Both the position numbers and the translations under genes were made by a program. Source: Bacillota bacterium (GTDB lineage Bacteria; Bacillota; Negativicutes; Sporomusales; CTSoil-080). From it: a DNA stretch of 64,000 bases. Positions 9,380 to 19,516 of the stretch are shown here, one piece after another (position 1 is the stretch's first letter; every line of letters starts with the position of its first letter). Location of the stretch: NCBI GenBank assembly GCA_017889625.1, contig JAGGAD010000002.1, positions 39,761-103,760 of the forward strand. The letters run 5' to 3'. The notes beneath the pieces are model-generated. The model worked only from the letters and a program-made list of their open reading frames with translations, was not told the DNA's origin and ran no database searches.

Positions 9380-9841
9380 ATGACAGATTTAATGGTGGCT
9401 TTTAGTAAAAATATTGTACTGTTATCTTCGCTTACAGCTTGGTTAACAGCGCAAGTGCTCAAATCATTAACCGCTTACTGGCGGCATCGTGAGTTCCGGG
9501 CAGAACGATTAACTGGGGCTGGAGGTATGCCTAGTTCTCATACGGCGCTGGTGGTAGGTTTGGCATCAGCAGTAGCTTTTCATAATGGGGTTGATTCACC
9601 ATTGTTTGCCATAGCGATGGTGTTAGCCGGAATTGTGATGTATGATGCCGCTGGCGTGAGGCGGGCTGCTGGTAAACAGGCTAAAGTAATCAATAAATTG
9701 GTGCGTGAATTGCGAGTTGAACACCGGATAAATGAAATCCGCTTAAAAGAACTGTTGGGGCATACTCCGCTTGAAGTATGGGCGGGGGCGTTGCTGGGCT
9801 TTTTTATGGCCTATGGTTTTGACCGCTTTTATTCGCATTGA
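9380..9841 (+). CDS. Divergent PAP2 / DUF212 (YuiD-like) membrane protein
   Basis: Contains GMPSSHTA and YDAAGVRRAAGKQA, with 4 TM segments. Confidence 0.75.
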   Translation: MTDLMVAFSKNIVLLSSLTAWLTAQVLKSLTAYWRHREFRAERLTGAGGMPSSHTALVVGLASAVAFHNGVDSPLFAIAMVLAGIVMYDAAGVRRAAGKQAKVINKLVRELRVEHRINEIRLKELLGHTPLEVWAGALLGFFMAYGFDRFYSH

Positions 9842-9920
9842 TGGTACTCTTATAATGACTAATATGTTATGTTATAATAATAACTGATGTTTTTAGAGAT
9901 GGAAAAGAGGGGAACATCTT

Positions 9921-11804
9921 TTGGCTACTATTCTGGAGACGATAAAGGGACCACGGGACTTGGATAAGCTTTCCTTTGCGCAATTGACGAAACTTGCTCA
10001 AGAAATCCGCGACCTTCTAATACATACTGTTGCCAAAACTGGCGGCCATCTTGCTCCTAATCTGGGGGTAGTTGAGCTTTCAATTGCTTTGCATCGCGTC
10101 TTTGATAGTCCTAATGATAAAATCGTTTGGGATGTAGGACATCAAGCGTATATCCACAAACTTTTGACCGGGCGCTATAACCGCTTTTTTACCCTGCGAC
10201 AACTTCAGGGACTGAGCGGCTTTCCTAAGCGTCATGAAAGCGAACATGATGCTTTTGGAACTGGACATTCTAGTACTTCGATTTCAGCGGCACTCGGCAT
10301 GGCCGCGGCATACCGTTTAGCAAACAAACGAGCGAAAGCGGTAGCTGTAATCGGTGATGGGTCGCTTACCGGTGGGCAGGCCTTTGAGGCCTTGAATCAT
10401 GCTGGGCATCTTAATACGGATTTAACCGTTATTCTTAATGATAATGAAATGTCGATCGGCAAAAATGTTGGTGCTATGGCGGAATATCTTACCAAAATTC
10501 GTACTGACCCAATGTATTCAAAAGCTAAACGGGATATTGAATATCTGTTAAAACGGATACCGGCCATTGGTGAAGGAGTCGCTAAAACTGTAGAACGAGT
10601 AAAAGACAGTCTTAAATATATAGTTGTGCCGGGAATTATTTTTGAAGAATTAGGGTTTACTTACATTGGACCGATCGATGGTCATAATATTGTTTCATTA
10701 ACCGAAGTTTTACAGAAAGCTAAGAACATCCGCGGCCCGGTTTTCGTCCATGTGATAACCTCGAAAGGCAAGGGCTACGCGCCTGCCGAATCAAACGCTG
10801 ATAAGTTTCATAGTGTTGGCTCGTTTTGTATCGAGTCGGGTGAACTTGTTAAAAAGAGCAATACCCTTTCCTATACTGCAGTTTTTGGCGATACTTTGGT
10901 TGACTTAGCTAACAATAATCCTGATATTGTAGCAATTACTGCGGCGATGACTGAGGGCACTGGACTCAAAAAATTTGCTGCACGCTATCCTGACCGTTTT
11001 TTTGATGTCGGTATTGCCGAGCCTCATGCCGTAACCTTGGCTGGCGGGCTGGCTGCCGCTGGCAAAAAACCGGTTGTTGCTGTTTATTCTACTTTTCTTC
11101 AGCGCGCCTATGATCAAGTGTTGCATGATATTTGTCTGCAACAGTTGCCGGTAATATTTGCGGTTGATCGTGCCGGGATTATTGGTGAAGACGGTCCGAC
11201 TCACCATGGCGTGTTTGATTATTCTTTTTTGCGGAATATTCCCGGACTAACAATTATGGCTCCGAAGGACGAAAATGAACTTCGACATATGCTATACACT
11301 GCCCTTCAGTTGAATAAACCAGTTGTCATTCGTTACCCTCGCGGGGGGGGGCTTGGTGTAGCGGTAACTGAACCGTTTAAACTAATTGACGGTTCAGCGG
11401 AAATGCTTCGTTCCGGTAACAAAGTTGCGCTGGTAGGAGCTGGGGCAATGGTAGATAATTGTGTAAAAGCAGCTGAACTATTGCACAATCAAGGTGTTGA
11501 AGCAACAGTATTAAATGCCCGCTTTATTAAACCTCTTGATGAGCAAGCGTTTCGTTCGTTGGCAAAGGATGTCGGAATTATTGTTACGGTAGAAGATAAT
11601 GTATTAGCCGGAGGATTTGGGTCGGCAGTGCTTGAATATATTAATAGTCAGAATTTTAATTGGGTTAAAATATTGCGTTTAGGGTTGCCGGATGCCTTTA
11701 TTGAACAGGGCCCAAGATCAGCGTTACTCACAGCATACGGCCTTGACGCTGAAGGCATTGCGCGGTCGGTGCGGCAATACTTACACGGATTTGGAGTACA
11801 ATAA
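9921..11804 (+). CDS. dxs: 1-deoxy-D-xylulose-5-phosphate synthase
   Basis: TTG start after AGAGGGGA. Contains GHSSTSISAALGMA and the TPP motif GDGSLTGGQAFEALN. Confidence 0.95.
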   Translation: MATILETIKGPRDLDKLSFAQLTKLAQEIRDLLIHTVAKTGGHLAPNLGVVELSIALHRVFDSPNDKIVWDVGHQAYIHKLLTGRYNRFFTLRQLQGLSGFPKRHESEHDAFGTGHSSTSISAALGMAAAYRLANKRAKAVAVIGDGSLTGGQAFEALNHAGHLNTDLTVILNDNEMSIGKNVGAMAEYLTKIRTDPMYSKAKRDIEYLLKRIPAIGEGVAKTVERVKDSLKYIVVPGIIFEELGFTYIGPIDGHNIVSLTEVLQKAKNIRGPVFVHVITSKGKGYAPAESNADKFHSVGSFCIESGELVKKSNTLSYTAVFGDTLVDLANNNPDIVAITAAMTEGTGLKKFAARYPDRFFDVGIAEPHAVTLAGGLAAAGKKPVVAVYSTFLQRAYDQVLHDICLQQLPVIFAVDRAGIIGEDGPTHHGVFDYSFLRNIPGLTIMAPKDENELRHMLYTALQLNKPVVIRYPRGGGLGVAVTEPFKLIDGSAEMLRSGNKVALVGAGAMVDNCVKAAELLHNQGVEATVLNARFIKPLDEQAFRSLAKDVGIIVTVEDNVLAGGFGSAVLEYINSQNFNWVKILRLGLPDAFIEQGPRSALLTAYGLDAEGIARSVRQYLHGFGVQ

Positions 11805-12626
11805 ATGAAAAAAAATCGCCTCGATGTTCTGTTGGTAGAACAGGGCCTTGTGCCTAGCCGTGAACGGGCTAAGAGTTCGATTATGGCCGGAAAAGTTTTT
11901 GTTAATGGCCAAAAAATAGATAAAGCCGGAACGATGGTCGCGGTTGATGCCTCAATAACTGTCAGTGGTGATGGTATTGGCTATGTTAGCCGGGGCGGCC
12001 TGAAATTGGCTAAAGCAATTAAGGTATTCGATATTGACCTTACGGATAAAGTAGCAGCCGATATTGGGGCTTCGACTGGCGGGTTTACTGACTGCGCTCT
12101 GAAAAATGGTGCAGTAAAGGTGTATGCTATTGATGTTGGCTATGGTCAATTAGCCTGGTCCTTACGGACTGACTCCAGAGTTATCAATATGGAACGGACT
12201 AATATCCGCATGGTAACGTCGGCAGCGTTTACTGAACCGTTGGATTTTATTAGTGTAGATGTGGCTTTTATTTCGCTTGATAAAGTTTTACCAGTAGTGA
12301 AAGCTATTTTAGCTCCAACCGGAGAAGTTGTTGCTTTAATTAAGCCACAATTCGAGGCTGGGCGGGAAAAGGTCGGTAAAAAGGGTGTTGTTAAAGACCC
12401 GGCGGTTCACATGGAAGTGATTGACCGGGTAATTACAACGGCCTGTAATTTGGGGTTTGGTATTTTAGGTTTAGATTCTTCGCCCATAAAAGGGCCTGAA
12501 GGTAATATCGAATATCTGCTGCATTTAGCAGCGAACGCTGATAAAATAGAGTATGATAGTACCATAATCACCAAAATAGTCGACAACGCACATAATGTGC
12601 TCAATAAAGGAGCGGAAGAAAAATAG
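11805..12626 (+). CDS. tlyA: TlyA family rRNA (cytidine-2'-O)-methyltransferase
   Basis: N-terminal S4 domain RLDVLLVEQGLVPSRERAKSSI and the SAM motif DIGASTGGFTD. Confidence 0.9.
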   Translation: MKKNRLDVLLVEQGLVPSRERAKSSIMAGKVFVNGQKIDKAGTMVAVDASITVSGDGIGYVSRGGLKLAKAIKVFDIDLTDKVAADIGASTGGFTDCALKNGAVKVYAIDVGYGQLAWSLRTDSRVINMERTNIRMVTSAAFTEPLDFISVDVAFISLDKVLPVVKAILAPTGEVVALIKPQFEAGREKVGKKGVVKDPAVHMEVIDRVITTACNLGFGILGLDSSPIKGPEGNIEYLLHLAANADKIEYDSTIITKIVDNAHNVLNKGAEEK

Positions 12627-12627
12627 A

Positions 12628-13500
12628 GTGCTTACGATTGGCTTATTTCCGAATACCAAAAAGGCTAATGTTGCTCCCGTTTTAAAACAGGTAGTGACGT
12701 ACTTAAAAAGACATAATATACGAATGCTAATGACGGAAAAGGATGCTCTGGCAATGAATTATCCGGAGCTGGCGTTTGACCAAGAGCAGTTGAGCGCTAA
12801 TATTAATCTTGCAGTTACGTTAGGTGGCGACGGTACGATGCTTCAGAGCGTCCGCTTTGTCGCCGCCGCCGGTGTTCCTGTCTGCGGAGTTAATCTTGGA
12901 CAATTGGGCTTTTTGCCGGAAATTGAGATAGATGACCTTGAACAAGGTCTGTCTAGGCTAATTAACGGTGAATACTCTATAAACGAACGATTAATGTTAG
13001 ATGCCGTTGTTATTAGAGACGGTCAAGAAATCCATCTATCATCGGCACTTAATGATGTGGTAGTCAGCCGTGGCGGCTGTTCGCGAATGATTCGTTTAAA
13101 GCTTTATCTTAATGGGGAACTTACCGAGAAATATCCGGCAGATGGGTTGATTGTGGCGACATCCACCGGATCAACTGGTTATTCGCTTTCCGCCGGTGGT
13201 CCTATTGTCAGTCCTGGTCTTAATGTTATTCTTATAACTCCGATATGTCCGCATGCTTTACATGCACGGCCCATAGTGGTGGCTGAAACCGAAGAAATCA
13301 GACTTGTTATTGCTGCACCACATGAAGATATTATGGTGACTTCTGATGGACAGCATAATTTTGAAATTTCACCAACTGATGAGGTAGTCATCAGGCGATC
13401 TCGCTTAAGAGCCCGGTTCGTAAGTTTGAGTACAACGGGACATCTTTGCCGGTTGCGTTCTAAGTTATGGAAGGCAGACAATGAAGAACAAATTTTTTAG
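12628..13500 (+). CDS. nadK: NAD kinase
   Basis: Contains GGDGTML and ATSTGSTGYSLSAGGPIV. GTG at 12628 gives the typical N-terminus (V)LTIGLFPNTKK. The track start at 12595 overlaps tlyA. Confidence 0.9.
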   Translation: MLTIGLFPNTKKANVAPVLKQVVTYLKRHNIRMLMTEKDALAMNYPELAFDQEQLSANINLAVTLGGDGTMLQSVRFVAAAGVPVCGVNLGQLGFLPEIEIDDLEQGLSRLINGEYSINERLMLDAVVIRDGQEIHLSSALNDVVVSRGGCSRMIRLKLYLNGELTEKYPADGLIVATSTGSTGYSLSAGGPIVSPGLNVILITPICPHALHARPIVVAETEEIRLVIAAPHEDIMVTSDGQHNFEISPTDEVVIRRSRLRARFVSLSTTGHLCRLRSKLWKADNEEQIF

Positions 13501-14047
13501 AATCGTTGATACCGCGCACTATTTTTTAGCGGAAAAACTTTCACAAAGTCATAATTTATTAGATGCGACCGCAGGCAACGGCCATGATACTTTATTTTTA
13601 GCGCAAAATTCACCGGTAGATGCGGTTGTATGGTTTTTTGATATTCAGCAACAATCAATTGATAAGACGATCAATGTGCTGGCTGAGGCTGACCTAGCAT
13701 TTAAAGGACGTCCGGTTAATGCCTGTCATACGAAAGTGGCCGAATACATTGACGAACCGCTGGATATTGCTATGTTCAATCTAGGATACCTTCCTGGCGG
13801 CAGTCATATTTTGACCACAAAAGCAACTACTAGTTTAACCGCTATCCAAGCAGTATTGGAAATGTTGGCACCGGGCGGACTTTTGTCGATAGTCGCTTAT
13901 CCGGGGCACAGCGAAGGATATATAGAACAGCAACAGGTCTGTGAGTATCTCCGGGGCCTACCTTCGACAAAATTCACGTCTGCCAGCTGGAAGTTAATAA
14001 ATCAGGAGAATAAACCGCCGGTTTTATACATAGTTGAGAAAAAGTAA
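13481..14047 (+). CDS. Class I SAM-dependent methyltransferase, YtqB/MnmM-like (tRNA mnm5s2U34 methyltransferase candidate)
   Basis: Contains DATAGNGHDTLFLA, FNLGYLPGG, AYPGHSEG and a PPVLYIVEKK tail. These parallel B. subtilis YtqB as I recall it. Confidence 0.6.
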   Translation: MKNKFFRIVDTAHYFLAEKLSQSHNLLDATAGNGHDTLFLAQNSPVDAVVWFFDIQQQSIDKTINVLAEADLAFKGRPVNACHTKVAEYIDEPLDIAMFNLGYLPGGSHILTTKATTSLTAIQAVLEMLAPGGLLSIVAYPGHSEGYIEQQQVCEYLRGLPSTKFTSASWKLINQENKPPVLYIVEKK

Positions 14048-14105
14048 TATTTATTGTAACGGTAGTATTTGTCTTCTAGGTTAATGAATTAGCGAGGAGC
14101 TACTG

Positions 14106-14558
14106 ATGAAATCTATACGGCATATAAAAATTAAAGAGATTATTGAAAGCCAGCCAATTGAAACTCAGGATGAATTGGCTGAAGCCCTGCGTAGTGTCGG
14201 TATTGATGTTACTCAGGCTACGGTTTCGCGGGATATAAAAGAACTTTTGCTTATCAAGGTTCCTACCGGTTCGGGAAGTTACCGCTATGCATTTCCGCCG
14301 GAACAAACGGTGATTATTTCTCAATCACGGTTGGAAAAAATTTTTCATGATTCGGTAGTAGCAATAGATTATAGTCTGAATCTAATTGTTTTAAAAACTT
14401 ACCCCGGTGCGGCCCAAGTGGTAGCTTCTGCTGTTGATTCAGCCAAGTGGTCGGAGATCATTGGCACAGTAGCCGGTGATGACAATATTCTTATTATTGT
14501 TAAACCGCCGGAAGCGGTAAGTGATATTTTAGCCCGATTTCAAGCTCTGCTGTCATAG
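14106..14558 (+). CDS. argR: Arginine repressor
   Basis: The winged-helix segment TQDELAEALRSVGIDVTQATVSRDIKEL and the C-terminal GTVAGDDNILII are present. Confidence 0.9.
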   Translation: MKSIRHIKIKEIIESQPIETQDELAEALRSVGIDVTQATVSRDIKELLLIKVPTGSGSYRYAFPPEQTVIISQSRLEKIFHDSVVAIDYSLNLIVLKTYPGAAQVVASAVDSAKWSEIIGTVAGDDNILIIVKPPEAVSDILARFQALLS

Positions 14559-14578
14559 ATTATAGGGGAGGAATTGAT

Positions 14579-16291
14579 GTGCTGAAAACACTTTCAGTCA
14601 ACAATTTTGCTTTACTTGAACAGGCAACGGTGGTTTTAGGGGCTGGTCTAAATGTTTTAACCGGGGAAACCGGAGCCGGTAAATCAATTATTGTTGATGC
14701 CCTTGACATTGTACTGGGCAGTCGTGCCTATGTCGAAAGTATTCGCAGCGGTTGTGATTTTCTTCGGATTGAAGCGGTATTTGAAATCAACCCCGCTCAC
14801 CCCGCCACACTGTTACTTGCTGATAACGGTATATTGCTGGAAGATGACTCCGGACTAATAATAAGCCGCCGGCTGTCACGGCAGGGTAAAAACACCATCT
14901 TGGTTAATGGTTGCCATGTCACCTTAAGCGTATTGCGGAAAATTGGTGACTCATTGGTGGACATGCACGGACAGCATGAGAATCAAACGCTGTTAAAATC
15001 CGAGGCCTATCTTAATATTTTAGACGAATATCATCATGATATTCCGGGGAAATTGGCCGAGTATCGAAAGTTATATGCTGAATGGAATCATATCTCTTCC
15101 GAACTGGATAAGCTCAAGTCGGATTCTTGTCAACGGGCTCAGCGGCTGGACATGCTCGAATGGCAAACCAAAGAGATCGCCGTCGCAGACCTAAAAGAAA
15201 ATGAGGAAGAAGAGTTAGAACAAGAAGTCCGGTTATTGACGAATGCCGAAAAAATTACGGCTGCGGTCAGCCACTCTTATGCTTTACTCAGTGATGAAGA
15301 GGGCGGAGGCGGGGTTCTAAGTGTACTGGCGGAAATTCAGAAAGGGCTGGAACAAGCCTGTCGCTTTGACGCAACTATTGAAAAACACTTGGTGGTAATC
15401 AATGAAGCCTTCTACCAGTTGGAAGACTCGGCGGCTGGGTTACGCGATTATTGTGAGCAAATTGAGTATGATCCAAACCGACTAACTTTTCTTCAAGAAC
15501 GTTTGGATGTTATTGATAATTTGAAGAAGAAATATGGTCCGACTGTTGCTGAAATTATTGCTTATTATCAACAGTCTATAACCGAACTCGCAGCAATTGA
15601 AAATTATGAAACCAGCCTGAGCGAATTGGAAAAGCGGCTAGCCAACTTAGAATCAAGCCTTGCCATTGCTGCTTTGGAACTTACTGCGTTTAGAGAGGCC
15701 GCGGCTACCGAAATTTCGCTTAGGGTAACTGATGAACTTAAGGCTTTAGCTATGCCTAAAGCTAAGCTAGTGATTCAGGTTATTCCGTTAAACCGCTATA
15801 CTATTAACGGAATAAATGAGGTTACAGTGTTGTTTTCAGCTAATCCTGGTGAAGAACCAAAGCCGCTCCAAAAGATAGCTTCCGGTGGTGAGTTGTCTCG
15901 GATTGCGCTGGCAATAAAAACAGTGGTTGCCAGCCGTGAAAGCGTGGGAACCATGGTCTTTGATGAAATAGATGCTGGAATTGGCGGCCAAACTGCTGCC
16001 AAGGTAGCAGAAAAGATTGCGGAAGTATCGTGCGGCAAACAAGTTTTATGTATTACCCATTTGCCGCAAATCGTTACTATGGCTGATCACCATATTTATG
16101 TTGCAAAAAAAGTTGATGGTGAACGGACAACAACCAGGGTGAGTATTCTTTCGAAGCGAGAGCGGATTGAAGAAGTTGCCCGAATGCTTTCCGGTGAAGA
16201 TATTACCTCGGCAGCATTAAAAAATGCCCAAGAAATGTTGGAATTAGCAGTGGCAAAAAAAACAAAAAAATTGGAAAAGAGCGTAAACTAA
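14579..16291 (+). CDS. recN: DNA repair protein RecN
   Basis: Walker A LTGETGAGKSII, ABC signature SGGELSRIALAIK and Walker B MVFDEIDAGIGG. GTG start. Confidence 0.95.
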   Translation: MLKTLSVNNFALLEQATVVLGAGLNVLTGETGAGKSIIVDALDIVLGSRAYVESIRSGCDFLRIEAVFEINPAHPATLLLADNGILLEDDSGLIISRRLSRQGKNTILVNGCHVTLSVLRKIGDSLVDMHGQHENQTLLKSEAYLNILDEYHHDIPGKLAEYRKLYAEWNHISSELDKLKSDSCQRAQRLDMLEWQTKEIAVADLKENEEEELEQEVRLLTNAEKITAAVSHSYALLSDEEGGGGVLSVLAEIQKGLEQACRFDATIEKHLVVINEAFYQLEDSAAGLRDYCEQIEYDPNRLTFLQERLDVIDNLKKKYGPTVAEIIAYYQQSITELAAIENYETSLSELEKRLANLESSLAIAALELTAFREAAATEISLRVTDELKALAMPKAKLVIQVIPLNRYTINGINEVTVLFSANPGEEPKPLQKIASGGELSRIALAIKTVVASRESVGTMVFDEIDAGIGGQTAAKVAEKIAEVSCGKQVLCITHLPQIVTMADHHIYVAKKVDGERTTTRVSILSKRERIEEVARMLSGEDITSAALKNAQEMLELAVAKKTKKLEKSVN

Positions 16292-16326
16292 TAGTTGCAA
16301 TTAAAAAAAGTAAATTATGTCTTTTG

Positions 16327-16357
16327 GAGTGTAAGTGAAAGCTTATGCTCTTTTTTT
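16327..16357 (+). terminator. Intrinsic terminator after recN
   Basis: A 9-bp stem (16327-16335 / 16342-16350, two G-U pairs) with a 6-nt loop, followed by TTTTTTT (16351-16357). Confidence 0.6.
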
Positions 16358-16497
16358 GCACCTAATCGTTCTATACGAGATTTAACGAGAATTAATGGCA
16401 GATATGGCGGAATAATCCCCTAAAAATCCGGGAATCTTTAATTTTAGGCGAGATCGGCTTTGAAACTAATTTTAAAGAACCGGGGTGATGACGGATA

Positions 16498-17850
16498 ATG
16501 TCCGATACAAAGCACCGTTCGATTTTCGGAATATTGATCGCCTTGCTGATAATTGGTTTCAGCTTTTCACCGCCGCTCAGAGCTATTTATGAAATGCCGC
16601 GCCATATGTATGTCATCGAAGGAGAAGCGACTTTCCATTCCATCGGGTTTCCTTTGACCGTCAAGGTTAATAGTACTCAACAGTCAACCGCGGCGGAGGG
16701 AATCATCTCAGATGTGTTATCCCGCCCAGTTTCGGGTGAACCTTTAGGATTGGGTAAGACGATGGTGGAATTCAAATTGCTCGGACTAATTCCGATGAAA
16801 ACGGTGGAAGTTGATGTTTTACCACCGGTTAAGGTGATTCCGGGAGGGCATTCCATCGGGGTTGTTTTGCATTCGCAAGGAGTAATTGTCGTCGGTCATT
16901 CACCTGTTCAAACTGCTGCGAATGATGATCCGGTTTCTCCAGCCAAGGATGCAGGCATTGTCATCGGTGATGTTATTTTAGCCATTAATGGCATGCCGGT
17001 GCAAAGTGATGTTCAGGTAGCTGATATTATTGATGCCTGTGGTCAAGAAAATCGTCAGGTCGATATTTTAGTAAAACGAGGTCAAGAATTCATTGATATT
17101 TCGCTTGCTTCGGCTTTATGCATTGAGACAAAAAGGTACCGGATTGGACTATTTGTCAGGGACAGCGCAGCTGGAGTTGGCACTTTAACTTTTTATGATC
17201 CACAAACCAAAACGTACGGCGCGTTAGGACATGTGATTACTGACAGTGATACCAATCAGCCAATTGATTGTGAACGAGGAAAAATCGTAATGGCTACTGT
17301 GTCGGGAATTCAACAAGGAAAACGGGGGCAGCCGGGGGAAAAAATTGGCGTTTTTATTGAAGAAGATCAGGTTTTGGGCATTATTCGAAAAAATACCCCT
17401 TTTGGTATTTATGGTCAACTATCAGCAACGTTGCCGAATCAATTATACTCTGAACCTATTCCGGTTGCTTCTATGAGCCAGGTCGAACTCGGTGACGCCG
17501 AAATACTTACCGTAGTTGACGGGCAAAATATTGAACGTTTCAGTATTGAAATCCAAAAAATTAATTTACAACAATCTCCAGAGGGGAAGGGAATGGTAAT
17601 TAAGGTTACTGATCCGAAACTTTTGGAAAAGACCGGTGGAATTGTCCAAGGAATGAGTGGCAGCCCGATTATTCAAAAAGGAAAAATTGTTGGTGCAGTT
17701 ACCCATGTGTTTGTGCATGATCCCACCAAAGGCTATGGTTGTTTTATTGATTGGATGCTAATGGAAAGCGGTATTATTCCCGCGCAAACTGGGCCAGCAT
17801 TTAATAATTTATTTACTACGTTTATAATTGAAGATCAAAAAGCGGCATAG
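16498..17850 (+). CDS. spoIVB: SpoIVB peptidase (S55)
   Basis: It has an N-terminal TM segment, a PDZ region (GDVILAINGMPV) and peptidase S55 motifs GTLTFYDP..GALGHVI and QGMSGSPII. Confidence 0.9.
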   Translation: MSDTKHRSIFGILIALLIIGFSFSPPLRAIYEMPRHMYVIEGEATFHSIGFPLTVKVNSTQQSTAAEGIISDVLSRPVSGEPLGLGKTMVEFKLLGLIPMKTVEVDVLPPVKVIPGGHSIGVVLHSQGVIVVGHSPVQTAANDDPVSPAKDAGIVIGDVILAINGMPVQSDVQVADIIDACGQENRQVDILVKRGQEFIDISLASALCIETKRYRIGLFVRDSAAGVGTLTFYDPQTKTYGALGHVITDSDTNQPIDCERGKIVMATVSGIQQGKRGQPGEKIGVFIEEDQVLGIIRKNTPFGIYGQLSATLPNQLYSEPIPVASMSQVELGDAEILTVVDGQNIERFSIEIQKINLQQSPEGKGMVIKVTDPKLLEKTGGIVQGMSGSPIIQKGKIVGAVTHVFVHDPTKGYGCFIDWMLMESGIIPAQTGPAFNNLFTTFIIEDQKAA

Positions 17851-17860
17851 TATGCTATGC

Positions 17861-17896
17861 AAAAAATCACTCCTTAACGGGGTGATTTTTTGTTTT
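17861..17896 (+). terminator. Intrinsic terminator after spoIVB
   Basis: AAAAAATCACTCC-TTAAC-GGGGTGATTTTTTGTTTT: an 8-bp stem followed by a T-run. Confidence 0.7.
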
Positions 17897-18258
17897 CAAC
17901 ACAGCTACTATTTATTGCACTATTATCAAACATTTTGCGGATGTATTCGCCAAATGTCGGAAGATACCAGCTAAGTAACCGGATAATCTATGCAAAAAGC
18001 CGATAAAGCCAGTGAAGGAAGCAAAGTGATCGATAGAGCGGTAAAACAACAAAAGAAATATCCTCTTCTATTTATAAAGTCTGGCTTCAAATAGTTATTT
18101 TAAGGAAAATTCAAAAAACTATAGGCTTTTGCGCTAAAATGTGTATAATAAAACATAGAAATGACTTACAATTTTTGTAGTAGCAGATATGATTTTTTCA
18201 AAGAAAGTATAAAAAACTAATAACTCTGTAAATAAAATGGGTTTTTCTTCCATGCAAA

Positions 18259-18290
18259 GAAGGATGTACCGCAATAATGTCGAATGATTA
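18259..18290 (+). promoter_or_regulatory. Sigma-H-type promoter candidate overlapping a Spo0A box upstream of spo0A
   Basis: GAAGGATGT (18259-18267), an 11-nt spacer and GTCGAATGA (18279-18287) fit RNAGGAWWW-11/12-RNNGAATWW. The exact 0A-box heptamer TGTCGAA is at 18278-18284. Confidence 0.4.
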
Positions 18291-18325
18291 TTTATCATGA
18301 TAAAGCAGTGAGTGGAGGGTATTTG

Positions 18326-19102
18326 ATGATTAGAGAAAGAATCAAAGTGGCAATTGCAGATGACAATCGTGAGTTTGTTGAAATCATGCAAGAATGTTTG
18401 AATCAGCAACAGGATATCCAGTTAGTTGGTGTCGCTTACAATGGCGAAGAAATTTTAGAAATAATTAATACTAAGCAACCGGATATCGTTGTTTTGGATA
18501 TTATTATGCCGCATCTTGATGGAATTGGTGTTTTGGAAAACATTAACAGCACCATGGGTGCCAGACGTCCTAAAGTTATTATGCTGACTGCTTTGGGACA
18601 TGAGAACATTACTCAGCGAGTAGTAGAACTAGGGGCCGATTATTATATTTTAAAACCTTTCAATATGGATGTTTTAATTAGCCGCATCCGGCAGTCGGCC
18701 AACAGTATTACAGCCCAGCGCCCCGCGGCAACGGCGCAAGCTATCAAAGCCCGTCCGTTAGATGTGGAAGTGACTACTATTATTCGGGAAATCGGTATTC
18801 CGGCACATATTAAAGGTTATCAATATTTGCGGGATGCTATTATTATGATAATCAACGAAGTTGAGTTACTCGGGGCAGTGACGAAAGTATTGTATCCGAT
18901 GATCGCCGAAAAGTATTCAACTACGCCTAGCCGGGTTGAACGGGCCATCAGGCACGCGATTGAAGTAGCCTGGAGCAGAGGAAATATGGATATGATTAAT
19001 CGCTTGTTTGGGTATACGGTTAAGCTGGAAAAAGGTAAACCGACTAATTCTGAATTTATGGCGATGATCGCTGATAAACTTCGCATGGAAATGCGCGCGT
19101 AA
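18326..19102 (+). CDS. spo0A: Sporulation master regulator Spo0A
   Basis: Receiver domain motifs VAIADDN and [14 protein letters not shown]. The Spo0A-specific C-terminal domain has [12 protein letters not shown] and [18 protein letters not shown] at 18326 lies 6 nt after GGAGGG. Confidence 0.95.
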   Translation: MIRERIKVAIADDNREFVEIMQECLNQQQDIQLVGVAYNGEEILEIINTKQPDIVVLDIIMPHLDGIGVLENINSTMGARRPKVIMLTALGHENITQRVVELGADYYILKPFNMDVLISRIRQSANSITAQRPAATAQAIKARPLDVEVTTIIREIGIPAHIKGYQYLRDAIIMIINEVELLGAVTKVLYPMIAEKYSTTPSRVERAIRHAIEVAWSRGNMDMINRLFGYTVKLEKGKPTNSEFMAMIADKLRMEMRA

Positions 19103-19306
19103 TTTTAATTAAGACATGGTATGGGTTCGTCATGAAGCACAAAAACTTTTTGTAGGCTCAAGGTTTGTTGTTGTTGTCAACTCCACTTTGTTCAATTTTA
19201 ATAATTATTACGAATACATCACTCTTATAGTATAGCCGGAGCCTTAGTGTATTAAAATTAATTGGTTGTTTATGGAAAATATTTATGCTGACTATATTGG
19301 TGAAAA

Positions 19307-19346
19307 TAGCCGGGATTAGGTGTAATGCCTATCCCGGTATTTTTAT
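19307..19346 (+). terminator. Intrinsic terminator about 200 nt downstream of spo0A
   Basis: GC-rich stem GCCGGGATTAGG / CCTATCCCGGT (one bulge), loop TGTAATG, then ATTTTTA. Confidence 0.65.
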
Positions 19347-19374
19347 GTAATTTTTCCTAAATAGTATCGGTTAT

Positions 19375-19403
19375 TTGACAGGGGCAAGTCCGACGATTAT
19401 GAT
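19375..19403 (+). promoter_or_regulatory. Sigma-A promoter candidate for miaB
   Basis: TTGACA (19375-19380), a 17-nt spacer, and TATGAT (19398-19403). Confidence 0.5.
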
Positions 19404-19516
19404 AAGAATTGGAAAGCTATTTAGTCGCGGCGAATGAAAAATATGGTATAATCAAATGTCAGGCAATGCATTATTTTACATATAGCTATAATAATTTCAG
19501 AGGAACGGTGGTATTA

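Noticed and set aside
19409-19516. The long N-terminal extension of miaB (track start 19409).
   Set aside because: A good sigma-A promoter (-10 at 19398-19403) would place the TSS at about this position. The extension has no RBS and no MiaB-like sequence. GTG at 19517 gives a normal MiaB N-terminus.
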